Assembly: GCA_963816395.1 (NCBI GenBank) | Contig: CAWFKQ010000016.1 | Coordinates: 352,001 to 416,000 of the forward strand | Origin: an uncultured delta proteobacterium | GTDB lineage: Bacteria; Desulfobacterota; Desulfuromonadia; Desulfuromonadales; JACZKF01 | Reading direction: 5' to 3' | Length of the DNA: 64,000 nt | In this document: positions 10,600-19,943 of the stretch, in pieces | Layout: each line of letters starts with the position of its first letter | Numbering within the stretch: position 1 is the first letter of the stretch | Translations under genes and position numbers: made by a program | The notes under the pieces: model-generated | Seen by the model: only the letters and a program-made list of their open reading frames with translations | What the model was told of the DNA's origin: nothing | Databases searched by the model: none

Positions 10600-11574
10600 T
10601 CACGCCACCTGCAGTTTCCGCAGCCGCTCTCGCGCCATGGGCGCGACCGTCCGCTTTTCCTCCCCGTCACGCCGCAGCAGCACTTCCACCGAAGGCTCCC
10701 GCTGCCCTTTGCCATACGCGGCGACGATGGCGGCGGCGGTGTCGAGGTCCTGCTCCTCCGCTGCACCGTGGAGCAGGCCGGCCGGCCCGTTGAACTGGCT
10801 GGCCCACAGCAGAACGTCCCCCGGGCGGGCTAATTTTTCCAGGGCCTCATTGTCGTCCTGGTTGCGGCCGAGCACGAGTTTTACCCGCGGGGAGAGGCGG
10901 AACTGGCGTCCCTGCTTGAGCAGTTCGACATCAGTCACAGTGCAATCGGGCTGGTGGGTAAACAGGTCCCGCAACCGGCCGCTAAAGGATTTCTCGGTGA
11001 GCAGGCAGCCGCCCCCGGAGGCGGGGTAATCGGTCAGCCCCCACTCCCGGGCCAGGGCCTCCTGCCGCTTGCGGGAACGGCCCTGGATGTCGAGCAGCCG
11101 CTCGCGGTCGACCAGACCCTGGTTCTCCATGGGGGTGGGCGGCAGCAGCCGGGCCGACAGGGGTCGCAGGATGCGCTCCGGGTAGCCGGAATAATTCGCC
11201 ACCGCCCGCAGGGCGCTGGGGTTCTGGCTCATCGGCCGCTGGCCGAGCACCTCGCCGGAGAACAGGAAATCGTATCCCGCCTCAACCATGATCTGGCCGG
11301 CCAAACGGAACATCAGCGCGTGGCAGTCGATACACGGGTTCATATTCTTGCCGTAGCCGTAATGAGGCGCCTTCACCATCTCCAGGTGGACCTCGCCGAT
11401 GTTGCGGACGAGCAGGGGAATGCCCATCTGCAGGGCCGCTTTTTCCGCCTTGGCCGAGCCGAAGAAGGGCGTGACGTAGGAGATGCAGGTCACCTCAATT
11501 CCTTGTCGCTTCAATGCCAGGGCGGCCAGGCTGCTGTCGACTCCTCCGGACAGAAGCCCCAGTGCTTTACTCAT
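10600..11574 (-). CDS. PP-loop tRNA sulfurtransferase (ThiI/MnmA-like, DUF814-type)
   Basis: SGGVDS, NPCIDCH, GEVLGQRPMSQ, GGCLLT. Confidence 0.85.
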   Translation of the reverse strand: MSKALGLLSGGVDSSLAALALKRQGIEVTCISYVTPFFGSAKAEKAALQMGIPLLVRNIGEVHLEMVKAPHYGYGKNMNPCIDCHALMFRLAGQIMVEAGYDFLFSGEVLGQRPMSQNPSALRAVANYSGYPERILRPLSARLLPPTPMENQGLVDRERLLDIQGRSRKRQEALAREWGLTDYPASGGGCLLTEKSFSGRLRDLFTHQPDCTVTDVELLKQGRQFRLSPRVKLVLGRNQDDNEALEKLARPGDVLLWASQFNGPAGLLHGAAEEQDLDTAAAIVAAYGKGQREPSVEVLLRRDGEEKRTVAPMARERLRKLQVA

Positions 11575-11701
11575 GAATTGCCTCCATCTTTCTTTATCCG
11601 CCCAGGCGGGCGGGAGAGGCCGAAACTAACATGAAAATGCACGCGATTTCAAGCAGAGAGCAGTGGAGGGATTGGTGGCTGGTGATTTGTTGCCTCTCGT
11701 T

Positions 11702-12512
11702 CTATCTCACCTCGACGCAGCCGTCGGCCCCCACCGGCAGTCCCGGGGGATTGTGCGGACAGCGGTCCTCGACATCCGGTATGCCGTCGCCGTCGCTGTC
11801 CGGCGGGCAGCCGTCGGTGCCGACCTGCATCCCTTTTTCCGTCCCCGGGCAGCGGTCCAGGTAATCGGGAACCCCGTCGCCGTCGCCATCCGGTGGATTT
11901 ATCGGGCAGCCATGCGCATCGACCTTGAATTCCCGGGGAGTATCGGGGCAGCGATCGACCTGGTCGGGAATGCCATCGGCATCGGCATCGGCCGGCGGTC
12001 TCGGCCGGGGTTTGCGCTGGTAGCCGAAATCGTAGCCGAGGTTCAGACCGATTTCCCAGCCGGTCTTCTCATCAGCCCTGATCTCCCTTAGGTGGCGAAC
12101 GTCCAAACGCAGGGAGACGGGAGTGTCCGGCTGATAGGAGAGCGCCAGCCCAAGAGCCATGATCGGCTCCTGCTCCGAACCGGCGGTGAATCCGCCGAGG
12201 CCGAGAGTCAAGAGCGATTTCCAGGCGGATCTGGTGAAAACCGGGTAAAGGGCATCGGCCCTGAACATGAACAGGTCCGGGTCGCTGGCATGCAGCAGAA
12301 CGCCCTCGAGTCCCAGTGAGTCGGCGTTCTCTTTGCCCTGCAACCAATAGCCCCCTTTCAGGGTGGCGAACAGGCCCCCTTGCGAATGGCTGCCGGAGAG
12401 GAAGAGGGTGCCGGTGCCCAGGCCCAGGGTGAAGTGATTCCTGGCGACCGCCGGTCGCGGCAAGAGCAAAACAGCGAGCAGGCAGACGATTATTTTGCTC
12501 CGGGCGATGCAT
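11702..12512 (-). CDS. Outer-membrane beta-barrel (OmpA N-terminal-like) with thrombospondin type 3-like Asp-rich repeats; start uncertain
   Basis: Amphipathic strands ending WEIGLNLGYDFG, then three DxDxDGxPDxxDRCP repeats; no OmpA C-terminal domain. ATG 12512 is out of frame with the body. Confidence 0.7.
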
Positions 12513-12517
12513 GCCGC

Positions 12518-13597
12518 TCACCTCTTGGTCCCGCTCGTTGCTTTGGCCGGGAATTCCTTTTTCGGCGGCGATTTCCGGTCATAGGCGCGGGGCGGGTGAC
12601 AGCCGGGAGCGCAGCTGCCGCCCGTCGGGGTGAGGCGGAAACCAACCGGTATCTGCCAATTGCCGAACGGGGCGCCGGCGGCACGGATCAGTTGCCGGTT
12701 GTTTCCGGCGTGCGGCTCGTGGCAGGCCAGGCAGGTGCGTCCTTTACGATCCCGCACATGCAGGTAGTGCAGGTTCCGGTTGCCGTCCCGGAAACGAGTC
12801 TCGGCGGTGGTCCTGGAATCCTGCAGCAGCTTCTGCTCATGACACTGGAAACAGAAGCCGTAGATCCCCGGCTGGTAACCGGCATAAAACTCAGCCGGAT
12901 AGCTGCCGGTCAGCAGACGAAAAAAATCGGAACCATGGGGCTCATGGCAGCCGGTGCAATCGCCGTCGGCGAGCGGTCCGTGCAGAAAGGCTTTGTCCTG
13001 CAGGTCGCCGGCGATATTCCGCAGGGGCTTGGATTTGCTGAAATCATCCCGGCCATGGCAGGAAAGGCAGAGATCCTGCTGCCTGCCGGTCAGCAGATGG
13101 GGATTGGGGGAACCGTGCAGCGAGTGGCAGATGCTGCAGCTTTGCGGTCGGTACATGGGGGCGTGCCTGGTCTTGGCCTCGCGTATCCGGGTGCCGATGT
13201 CGGCATGGCAGGGCAGGCAGGTTTCGGGCAGACCGGCAACCAGCAAGTTCTTCGCCGAAGCCCCATGCGGGTTGTGACAGGCCAGGCACTCCCTTTTATC
13301 GGTAATGGGATGCTGCATTCCGGGACGAATCGGCGGTTGGTGGCACGGGCGGCACAGTTCCCCGCCGGCGGCCGCCAACTGGAAACCGGGGGAGCCGGGA
13401 GTCGGGTGTTTTTCTCCTGTCGGCCGGTGACAGGGAGAACATTCTCCCTCGGCCACGGGCGTATGAACCTGCACGAAGTCGCGGATTTCCGGATGACAGC
13501 CGGCGGCCAGGCAGCCGTCGGCGCCCAGACAAACCGGCGGGGCACAACTGAAAAAAGCCAGCAGGACGATCAGGAGACCGGTACAAACACTCGGCAT
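12518..13597 (-). CDS. Multiheme c-type cytochrome (about 11 hemes, paired CXXCH type)
   Basis: Nine CXXCH plus CLAAGCH and CAPGCH; signal peptide; CxxCHxPH repeats. Confidence 0.92.
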   Translation of the reverse strand: MPSVCTGLLIVLLAFFSCAPPVCLGADGCLAAGCHPEIRDFVQVHTPVAEGECSPCHRPTGEKHPTPGSPGFQLAAAGGELCRPCHQPPIRPGMQHPITDKRECLACHNPHGASAKNLLVAGLPETCLPCHADIGTRIREAKTRHAPMYRPQSCSICHSLHGSPNPHLLTGRQQDLCLSCHGRDDFSKSKPLRNIAGDLQDKAFLHGPLADGDCTGCHEPHGSDFFRLLTGSYPAEFYAGYQPGIYGFCFQCHEQKLLQDSRTTAETRFRDGNRNLHYLHVRDRKGRTCLACHEPHAGNNRQLIRAAGAPFGNWQIPVGFRLTPTGGSCAPGCHPPRAYDRKSPPKKEFPAKATSGTKR

Positions 13598-13724
13598 GGA
13601 TCAGTCCCGACCGCCGCCAGGGGCGCTACGCGGGCTCTGCAGTTTGGGGAGGGGCAGGTCGGCAAAGGAATTCCGGTTCATCTGCTTGCTCCAGGAAAAT
13701 CCGGTGCTAAACTGTGGTCTCGGT

Positions 13725-13752
13725 ATTATAATTAAAATAATATAATTGTCAA
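13725..13752 (-). promoter_or_regulatory. Consensus sigma-70 promoter overlapped by an AT-rich inverted repeat
   Basis: Minus strand TTGACA-N16-TATAAT; ATTATA-N10-TATAAT dyad at 13725-13746. Confidence 0.7.
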
Positions 13753-13787
13753 TCGGCGGCGGTTTTCATCCGCAAGGAGCGGAAGGG

Positions 13788-14582
13788 ATGCGATACGCAA
13801 AATGGCTCCTGCTGGTCGGCCTCATCGGTACCCTGCTGCTGGGTGCCCGTCTGCCAGCCGGAGCAGCCGCGGAGCCGGCCGCACCCGCGCTGGTGGCGGC
13901 GGACTGCGCGAAATGCCACGCGCGGGAGATCACCGACCTGCGGGAGGGCGGCGGCGCGCATGGAACGGCGGTCGGCTGCTTGGATTGCCACCCGGGACAC
14001 CCCCCCCGCGACCTGGAGGTGATCCGTCCCTGCAGCGACTGTCACCAGGGGAGCCGCCATGTGGAACGGCGCGGCCCTTGTCTGGTCTGCCATCGAAACC
14101 CCCATCGGCCTCTCCAACTCACTCTGGCGCCGGAGGCAGCCGGGGCCTGCCTCGACTGCCACCCGGAGGTTGGCAAGGAATTCGCCGCCGCCCCAAGCCT
14201 GCACGCCCAATTTTCCTGCACCGCCTGCCACAAACAGCATGCCGAGGCTTTCCCCTGCCGCGAGTGTCACCTGCCGCATGCCGATGCAGGGAAGGGAAGG
14301 CAATGCCGCGACTGCCATTCGCCGCATCGGCCGCTGGCGGTCGAATTCGGCGGCGCAGTCGATTCGGCGACCTGCGCTTCCTGCCATGCGGAAATCGATC
14401 AGCGCCTGCAGGCCGCCGGGGGTGCCCACCGGCAGGTCGGCTGCGCTGTCTGTCATGCCGGACGGCACGGGACGATTCCCTCCTGCCGGCAATGTCATCC
14501 GGAGCCGCATGCGGCGGCGATTCTGGCTCGGTTCCCGGTTTGCTCGGTCTGTCACGGCGATCCTCATGCACTGAATCGATAA
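13788..14582 (+). CDS. Dodecaheme c-type cytochrome
   Basis: Twelve CXXCH motifs in about 264 aa; Sec signal peptide; AAGGAG RBS. Confidence 0.92.
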   Translation: MRYAKWLLLVGLIGTLLLGARLPAGAAAEPAAPALVAADCAKCHAREITDLREGGGAHGTAVGCLDCHPGHPPRDLEVIRPCSDCHQGSRHVERRGPCLVCHRNPHRPLQLTLAPEAAGACLDCHPEVGKEFAAAPSLHAQFSCTACHKQHAEAFPCRECHLPHADAGKGRQCRDCHSPHRPLAVEFGGAVDSATCASCHAEIDQRLQAAGGAHRQVGCAVCHAGRHGTIPSCRQCHPEPHAAAILARFPVCSVCHGDPHALNR

Positions 14583-14712
14583 GGATTGCCGCCAGCCGCT
14601 CGGAACGGATATACTGGCAAGGCGAGGAAGCTGGACGGGAAAGTCAGAGGCTCCCGGGCGTTTCGTCCCGCCGCCCACCAACCCGCGGTTGTCCGGATTT
14701 TGGGAGTATCCA

Positions 14713-15690
14713 GTGCAAGATAATTTTGGAAGGAAAATCGAGTATCTACGGCTGTCGGTCACCGATCGCTGCAATCTGCGCTGTCGCTACTGCATGCCGG
14801 AAGATGGCATTCCGGAAGTGCCGCATGCCGAGATCCTCTCCTATGAGGAATTACTGCGGGTGGCCGCCGCCGCCTTGCGTCTGGGGGTGAGAAAGATCCG
14901 GGTCACCGGCGGCGAGCCGCTGGTGCGACGGGGCATTGTCGATTTCATCCGGCAGCTGGCGGCGCTCCCGGGAGCGCCGGAAGTGACCCTGACCACCAAC
15001 GGGCTGCGCCTGTCCGGGATGGCGGCGGATTTGAAGGCCGCCGGTCTCTCCCGGGTCAATGTCAGCCTGGATACCTTACGCGCGGAGCGGTTCTCCGCAA
15101 TCACCCGGCGCGAAGGGCTGCCGCAGGTGCTGGCGGCTCTGGAGGCCGCCGATCAGGCCGGCCTTACCCCACTGAAAATCAATACGGTGCCGATCCGGGG
15201 GGTGAACGAGGATGAGATCGTCGATTTTGCCAGGCTCACCCTGGAGCGTCCCTGGCAGGTGCGGTTCATCGAGTTCATGCCGGTCAGCGGCGGTCTCGAC
15301 TACCCCCCCGAGAGCCGTTTCCCCGCCGCCGCCATCCTTGAAGCGCTCGCCGACCTCGGTCCCCTGCAACCCATCCCCCGCCAGGGTCCGGCCGGCCCCG
15401 CCCGCCTCTTCCGCTATGCTGAAGCCCGCGGGACGATCGGCATCATCCCCGCCGTTTCCGGCCATTTCTGCGGCGACTGCAATCGCCTGCGGCTGACCGC
15501 CGACGGCCGCCTGCGTCCCTGCCTCTTCTCCGTCGAGGAAATCGACCTCAAGAGTGTGCTGCGGCAGGGAACGGCGGCGCAGTTGGAAGAGGTGCTGCTG
15601 ACGGCGGTGGCCGCCAAGCCGGAGCGGCACCGCATCGGCGAGGAAGATTTCCGCCACGCGAGCCGGAGAATGCAGGGGATCGGGGGATAG
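14713..15690 (+). CDS. moaA: GTP 3',8-cyclase (Moco biosynthesis)
   Basis: YLRLSVTDRCNLRCRYC, FCGDCNRLR...C, C-terminal IGG. Confidence 0.97.
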   Translation: MQDNFGRKIEYLRLSVTDRCNLRCRYCMPEDGIPEVPHAEILSYEELLRVAAAALRLGVRKIRVTGGEPLVRRGIVDFIRQLAALPGAPEVTLTTNGLRLSGMAADLKAAGLSRVNVSLDTLRAERFSAITRREGLPQVLAALEAADQAGLTPLKINTVPIRGVNEDEIVDFARLTLERPWQVRFIEFMPVSGGLDYPPESRFPAAAILEALADLGPLQPIPRQGPAGPARLFRYAEARGTIGIIPAVSGHFCGDCNRLRLTADGRLRPCLFSVEEIDLKSVLRQGTAAQLEEVLLTAVAAKPERHRIGEEDFRHASRRMQGIGG

Positions 15691-15723
15691 GCAGGCTAGG
15701 GGCAAGAGGCGAAAGGCAGAAAG

Positions 15724-15761
15724 GCCGTGACGCGGGACGCGGTTTGCGGTTCGCGAAAAGC
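15724..15761. repeat. 38-bp repeat identical to 28704..28741
   Basis: gccgtgacgcgggacgcggtttgcggttcgcgaaaagc at both loci; a related inverted copy near 18459-18491. Confidence 0.9.
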
Positions 15762-15778
15762 CCCTCTCATCGTTTCCC

Positions 15779-15802
15779 GTAGGGGCACGGCGTGCCGTGC
15801 CC
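15779..15802 (+). repeat. GTAG-type REP-like palindrome
   Basis: GTAG-GGGCACGGC-GT-GCCGTGCCC. Confidence 0.6.
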
Positions 15803-15823
15803 TGCTTTTCGCCCATCTTGTTC

Positions 15824-16464
15824 TCATCGCGCGTTCCGCGTTCCGCGTTTCGCGTCTCTCATCACCTGCTCCAACCACTCCCCCTCCTTTTGACAGAACC
15901 GCTCCAGGAGTTCTGCCGCCCAGCGGTAGAGGGGGTGTGAGCGTTCGTCGTCGGCGATCCGGCGGCAGAACTCGGGGATCCAGGGGTGGAGGTACTGCCG
16001 GCAGAAGGCCGCCTGCCCCGAACGCGCCTGCCGAGCCTCGGCAACGTCGCGCCGGCTCAGCGCCTGCTTCTTCCTTCTCCACCAGATAATAGAGAAACTC
16101 CAGCTCCGTGGGGAGAAAGTCGGCTGGTTCGCCGCTCCCCTCCAGGGTCAGCCCCTCGGCGCGGTAGAGCCGCCCGATCTGCTAGTGAACTCTCCCCCAG
16201 CAGGCGCTTTCCGCCTCCAGGTAGACCGAGCCATAGGGCAGGGCCGGAGCGCCGCCCAGGCGGCTGATGAACAGGTCGGTGTAGGCTACCTCCAGCGTTC
16301 GCAGTTCCCCAGCCGCTGGCGGTTCCGAAATCGGCGGCACCAAGCGCCGCCGCCGCATCTCCCTCGCCCGCTTGCAGGCTGGCCAGCAGCTCCGGCTCGG
16401 GGTAGCTGAACAGGCGGACCAGAAAAGCATAGAGCGCTTTTCGCTCGCTGACTTTCAGCATCAT
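15824..16464 (-). CDS. TorD/DmsD family molybdoenzyme maturation chaperone (frameshifted)
   Basis: YTDLF...PYGSVY, EPADFLPTELEFL and LHPWIPEFCRRI found across frames. Confidence 0.8.
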
Positions 16465-16474
16465 TTCCGTCCCC

Positions 16475-18169
16475 TTATTCCAGTCCCATCTGCTTGAGTT
16501 TGCGCCAAAGGGTGGTGCGGCTCATCCCCAACTCGCGGGCCGCCGCGTGCTTGTGCCAGCGATGCGCCTCCAGTACCTGCAGGATCTTCTGCTCCTCGGC
16601 ATCGGTGACCTCTTCCAGGCGCGCTGCCTGCTGGGGCAGCGCCCGGTGCAGGGAGGCGGGGAGGAACTGCCGTTCCACCCGGCCGGTGTTGCTGGTGACG
16701 TAGGCGTGTTCGATGGCGTTCTCCAACTCCCGCACGTTCCCCGGCCAGTCATAGGCCATCAGCATGGCCATGGCCCGGCTGGTGACCTCCAGGAGGCGCT
16801 CGCCGCGCGCATTGAACTTCTGGAGGAAGGCCTCCACCAGCAGGGGAATGTCCTCCTTGCGCGCGCGCAGCGGCGGCAGGCGCATGGGGACGACGCAGAG
16901 CCGATAGTAGAGGTCCTCCCGGAATCTCCCATTTTCAATCTCCTTCAGCAGGTCCTTGTTGGTGGCGGCAATCACCCGCACATCGGTCTTGCGGGTCTGG
17001 ATGCCGCCCACCCTTTCATATTCCTTCTCCTGCAGCACCCGCAGCAGTTTGGCCTGCAGGGCCAGGGAGGTGTCGCCGATCTCGTCGAGGAAGATGGTAC
17101 CGCCGTGCGCCAGCTCGAAGCGCCCCGGCTTCTCTCTGACGGCGCCGGTGAAGGCGCCCTTCTCGTGCCCAAACAGCTCGCTCTCCAGCAGGCTCTCGGC
17201 CAGAGAGGCGCAGTTTATCTTGACGAAGGGGCCGCCCTTGCGCCCAGAGCGGTAATGGATGGCGCGGGCCAGGATCTCCTTGCCGGTACCGCTCTCCCCC
17301 TGGATGAGGACGGTGGCGTCAGTAGCGGCGACGGCGCGGACGCGATCGAAAATTTCCGTCATCGCCTTACTCTTGCCGACGAAATCGGAGAAGGAATATT
17401 CGTTCGGCAGCTTGGCCTTGAGGGCTTCCACCTCGCTGCGGTCGCGGATGATGCCGATGCAGCCGCAGACGTGACCCTCGGCATCGCGCAGCAGGTCGGA
17501 GGAGAGGAAGGCGGGGATGCGCCGGCCGTCGCGGGCGACCAGGGAGGCGGTGCAGTTTTCGACCGGCTGCTGGTGGCGGAGGGTCCATTTGAGCGGGCAG
17601 TCGGTATCGCAGACGCTGGAGCGCAGCACCTGGTTGCATGGCATCCCCAGCACCTCGGCCTCGCGGTAGCCGGTCATCCTTTCGGCGCTGCGGGAGAAAC
17701 CGGTCAGACGCATATCCAGATCGACCGTGTAGATGCCGTCGGCGATGGAGTTGACCACCGTGCGGTAGCGCTCTGTTTCGAGGGCCAGCATCGTCTGCTG
17801 CTGCTGCAGGCGGTTGGCCAGATCCTTGACCACGGTAGCATCCTGCACGCATTCCATGACCGCTGCGAGTTCGCCCGTCTCCTCGTGCACCGGTGTCAGA
17901 TTGAGGCAGAAGGCGCCCTGTCGGCACTCGAAATCAAGAGATTTGCGTGCCTCACCGGTCTCCAGCACTTCGCGGAAAGGACATTCCCCGGAGCACAGGG
18001 AAAAGCCGGTGATGTCCCAGCAGTAACGCCCCGTGGCCGCCTGTTCGCTGATCCCGAAGAGGGCCTGGGCATTGCGGTTGAGGGCGAGGATCCGACGCTC
18101 GGAGTCGAGCAGCAGGATGCCCTGGGACATCTGGTCGAAGAGGCGGCGATCGGCGATAGGCAGGCTCAT
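16475..18169 (-). CDS. Sigma-54-dependent activator with two PAS domains
   Basis: [24 protein letters not shown], Fis-type HTH. Confidence 0.95.
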   Translation of the reverse strand: MSLPIADRRLFDQMSQGILLLDSERRILALNRNAQALFGISEQAATGRYCWDITGFSLCSGECPFREVLETGEARKSLDFECRQGAFCLNLTPVHEETGELAAVMECVQDATVVKDLANRLQQQQTMLALETERYRTVVNSIADGIYTVDLDMRLTGFSRSAERMTGYREAEVLGMPCNQVLRSSVCDTDCPLKWTLRHQQPVENCTASLVARDGRRIPAFLSSDLLRDAEGHVCGCIGIIRDRSEVEALKAKLPNEYSFSDFVGKSKAMTEIFDRVRAVAATDATVLIQGESGTGKEILARAIHYRSGRKGGPFVKINCASLAESLLESELFGHEKGAFTGAVREKPGRFELAHGGTIFLDEIGDTSLALQAKLLRVLQEKEYERVGGIQTRKTDVRVIAATNKDLLKEIENGRFREDLYYRLCVVPMRLPPLRARKEDIPLLVEAFLQKFNARGERLLEVTSRAMAMLMAYDWPGNVRELENAIEHAYVTSNTGRVERQFLPASLHRALPQQAARLEEVTDAEEQKILQVLEAHRWHKHAAARELGMSRTTLWRKLKQMGLE

Positions 18170-18493
18170 CGGCTTCTCCCGGCAGGCGGCCGAATACTAC
18201 GCTAGAGATACTATATTTAATATATGCAATAAATATGCTCATTTCTGGGAGAGACTAAGTAAAGCATTTAAAAACAAATGGTTACCACTTAAGGAAGGCG
18301 GCGCGAAATAGCGCAAAGGCTGTGGGTGAATAGGCAAGGGCGGCGGGATGGCGGAGGGGGCGGCGATAGGGCGGAGAGGTAGGCAGGGATGCGGAACGAG
18401 TAAAAAGCAGGGACATGGAATGAGGAATGCGGGAAGAGAAGGTCAAAGGATTTTCGATTTTCGCGTACCGCAAACCGGATTCGTGTCCCGGTT

Positions 18494-19750
18494 TTACTCC
18501 AGATCGCGGGCTATAAGCTCGAGAACGTGGATGACCTGCTGCGGCAGGCCAGCGTGGTGAATGGTGTCCTGCAGCTGCATCATGCAGCCGGGGCAGGCGC
18601 TGGCCACCAGGTCGGCGCCGCTCTTTTCGATGCCGGGGGCTTTGCGGGCGCCGATCTGCTTGCTGGTTTCATAGTGGTAGACGGAGAAGGTACCGCCGAG
18701 GCCGCAGCAGCGGTCGGCGCCCTCCATCTCGATGAACTCCACTCCGGGCAGGGCGCGCAGCAGTGCCCGGGGTTCCTTGGTGATCCCCTGGGTGCGCAGG
18801 TGGCAGGGATCGTGGTAGGTCACCCGTTGCCGCTGCGCCTTCTTGGGCAGGGCGGCGAGCCGCTGCGGCAGCCCCTGGCGCACGAGGAAGACCAGGATGT
18901 CGGTGACCTTCGCCGCCAGCGCCGCTTCGGGCTCGCCGAGGCCGCCGAAGTGCTTGCCTATGCCGACATTGCAGGAGGCGCAGGCGGTGACGATGGCATC
19001 CGGCGGGCGCCGGGAAAAAGCGGTCAGGTTCCGCCCGGCCAGTTCTTCCACCGTGGCGCCGTCGCCGGCGGAAAGGGCGGGCAGGCCGCAGCACCCCTGG
19101 TCGGCGGGGATGAGGACGTTCACCCCGAGAAAATGCAGGATCTTGAGCAGGGCCTCGCCGATCTGCGGATACATGTAGTTGATCATGCAACCGGTAAAGA
19201 AGGCGACAGTCGGCTGCTCCTGGCTGCCGGGAATGAATTCCGGGTGGCGTTCGCGGAAGGGGACGGCGGCGACCTGGGGGAGAGTGCGGTCGGTGGTGAT
19301 CCAGGGGGTGGGGAAGCGCAGGCGAAGTCCACTCCCGTCCGGTACTTTCCGGAACAGGAGTTTCTCGAAAGTCCTGGCCCCCCGGGTTCCCCACTTCATC
19401 AGGGAGGGGGTGCGCAGGACGGTGCCGACCACCCTGCCGAAGCTGGTCAGACCCTGGCGGGCGGCGATTTCCCGCCGGGCGGCCATAACGATCTCGTCGG
19501 TGGGGACCAGGTTGGGACACTTGTCGAAGCAGGAGCCGCAGAGCAGACATTTCGACATGTCGGCGACGAAGCGCTCGTCCAGGGGCATCTCCTGGTCGAC
19601 CAGGGCGTGCGCCAGCGCCACCTTGCCGCGCGCGACCGTCGATTCCCGCTTGTGCTCGGCAAATACCGGGCAGTGCGCCTGGCAGGCGCCGCATTTGACG
19701 CACTGGCGGATCTGGTCCTGGAGGTCCTGCAGTTTCTTGTGTTTGCTCAT
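18494..19750 (-). CDS. GlcF-like (Fe-S)-binding oxidoreductase subunit
   Basis: Two CxxCxxCxxxCP motifs and two CCG domains (CCG, YHDPCHL, SACPGC). Confidence 0.88.
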   Translation of the reverse strand: MSKHKKLQDLQDQIRQCVKCGACQAHCPVFAEHKRESTVARGKVALAHALVDQEMPLDERFVADMSKCLLCGSCFDKCPNLVPTDEIVMAARREIAARQGLTSFGRVVGTVLRTPSLMKWGTRGARTFEKLLFRKVPDGSGLRLRFPTPWITTDRTLPQVAAVPFRERHPEFIPGSQEQPTVAFFTGCMINYMYPQIGEALLKILHFLGVNVLIPADQGCCGLPALSAGDGATVEELAGRNLTAFSRRPPDAIVTACASCNVGIGKHFGGLGEPEAALAAKVTDILVFLVRQGLPQRLAALPKKAQRQRVTYHDPCHLRTQGITKEPRALLRALPGVEFIEMEGADRCCGLGGTFSVYHYETSKQIGARKAPGIEKSGADLVASACPGCMMQLQDTIHHAGLPQQVIHVLELIARDLE

Positions 19751-19943
19751 AGCTCCGGTCGTCGCGAAAAACAGGGCGGCCGATCCATTCCGGCCGCCCT
19801 GCAGGGAAAACGTGACGGGGAAATGATAGCAGCAGCGGGGGAATTTTGCCACGGAAAAAGGCAAAGCCGGTGGCGATTAAAACGGATCGCTTCTGCTGCA
19901 GGGCGGCCCCTGTGCCCGCCCAGGGAAGACGCGGGGCCTGCCC

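Noticed and set aside
19747..19943. Long C-terminal extension of the PrpR-type ORF overlapping the GlcF-like start
   Set aside because: Frameshift artefact; the true HTH ends at the TAG at 19944-19946.
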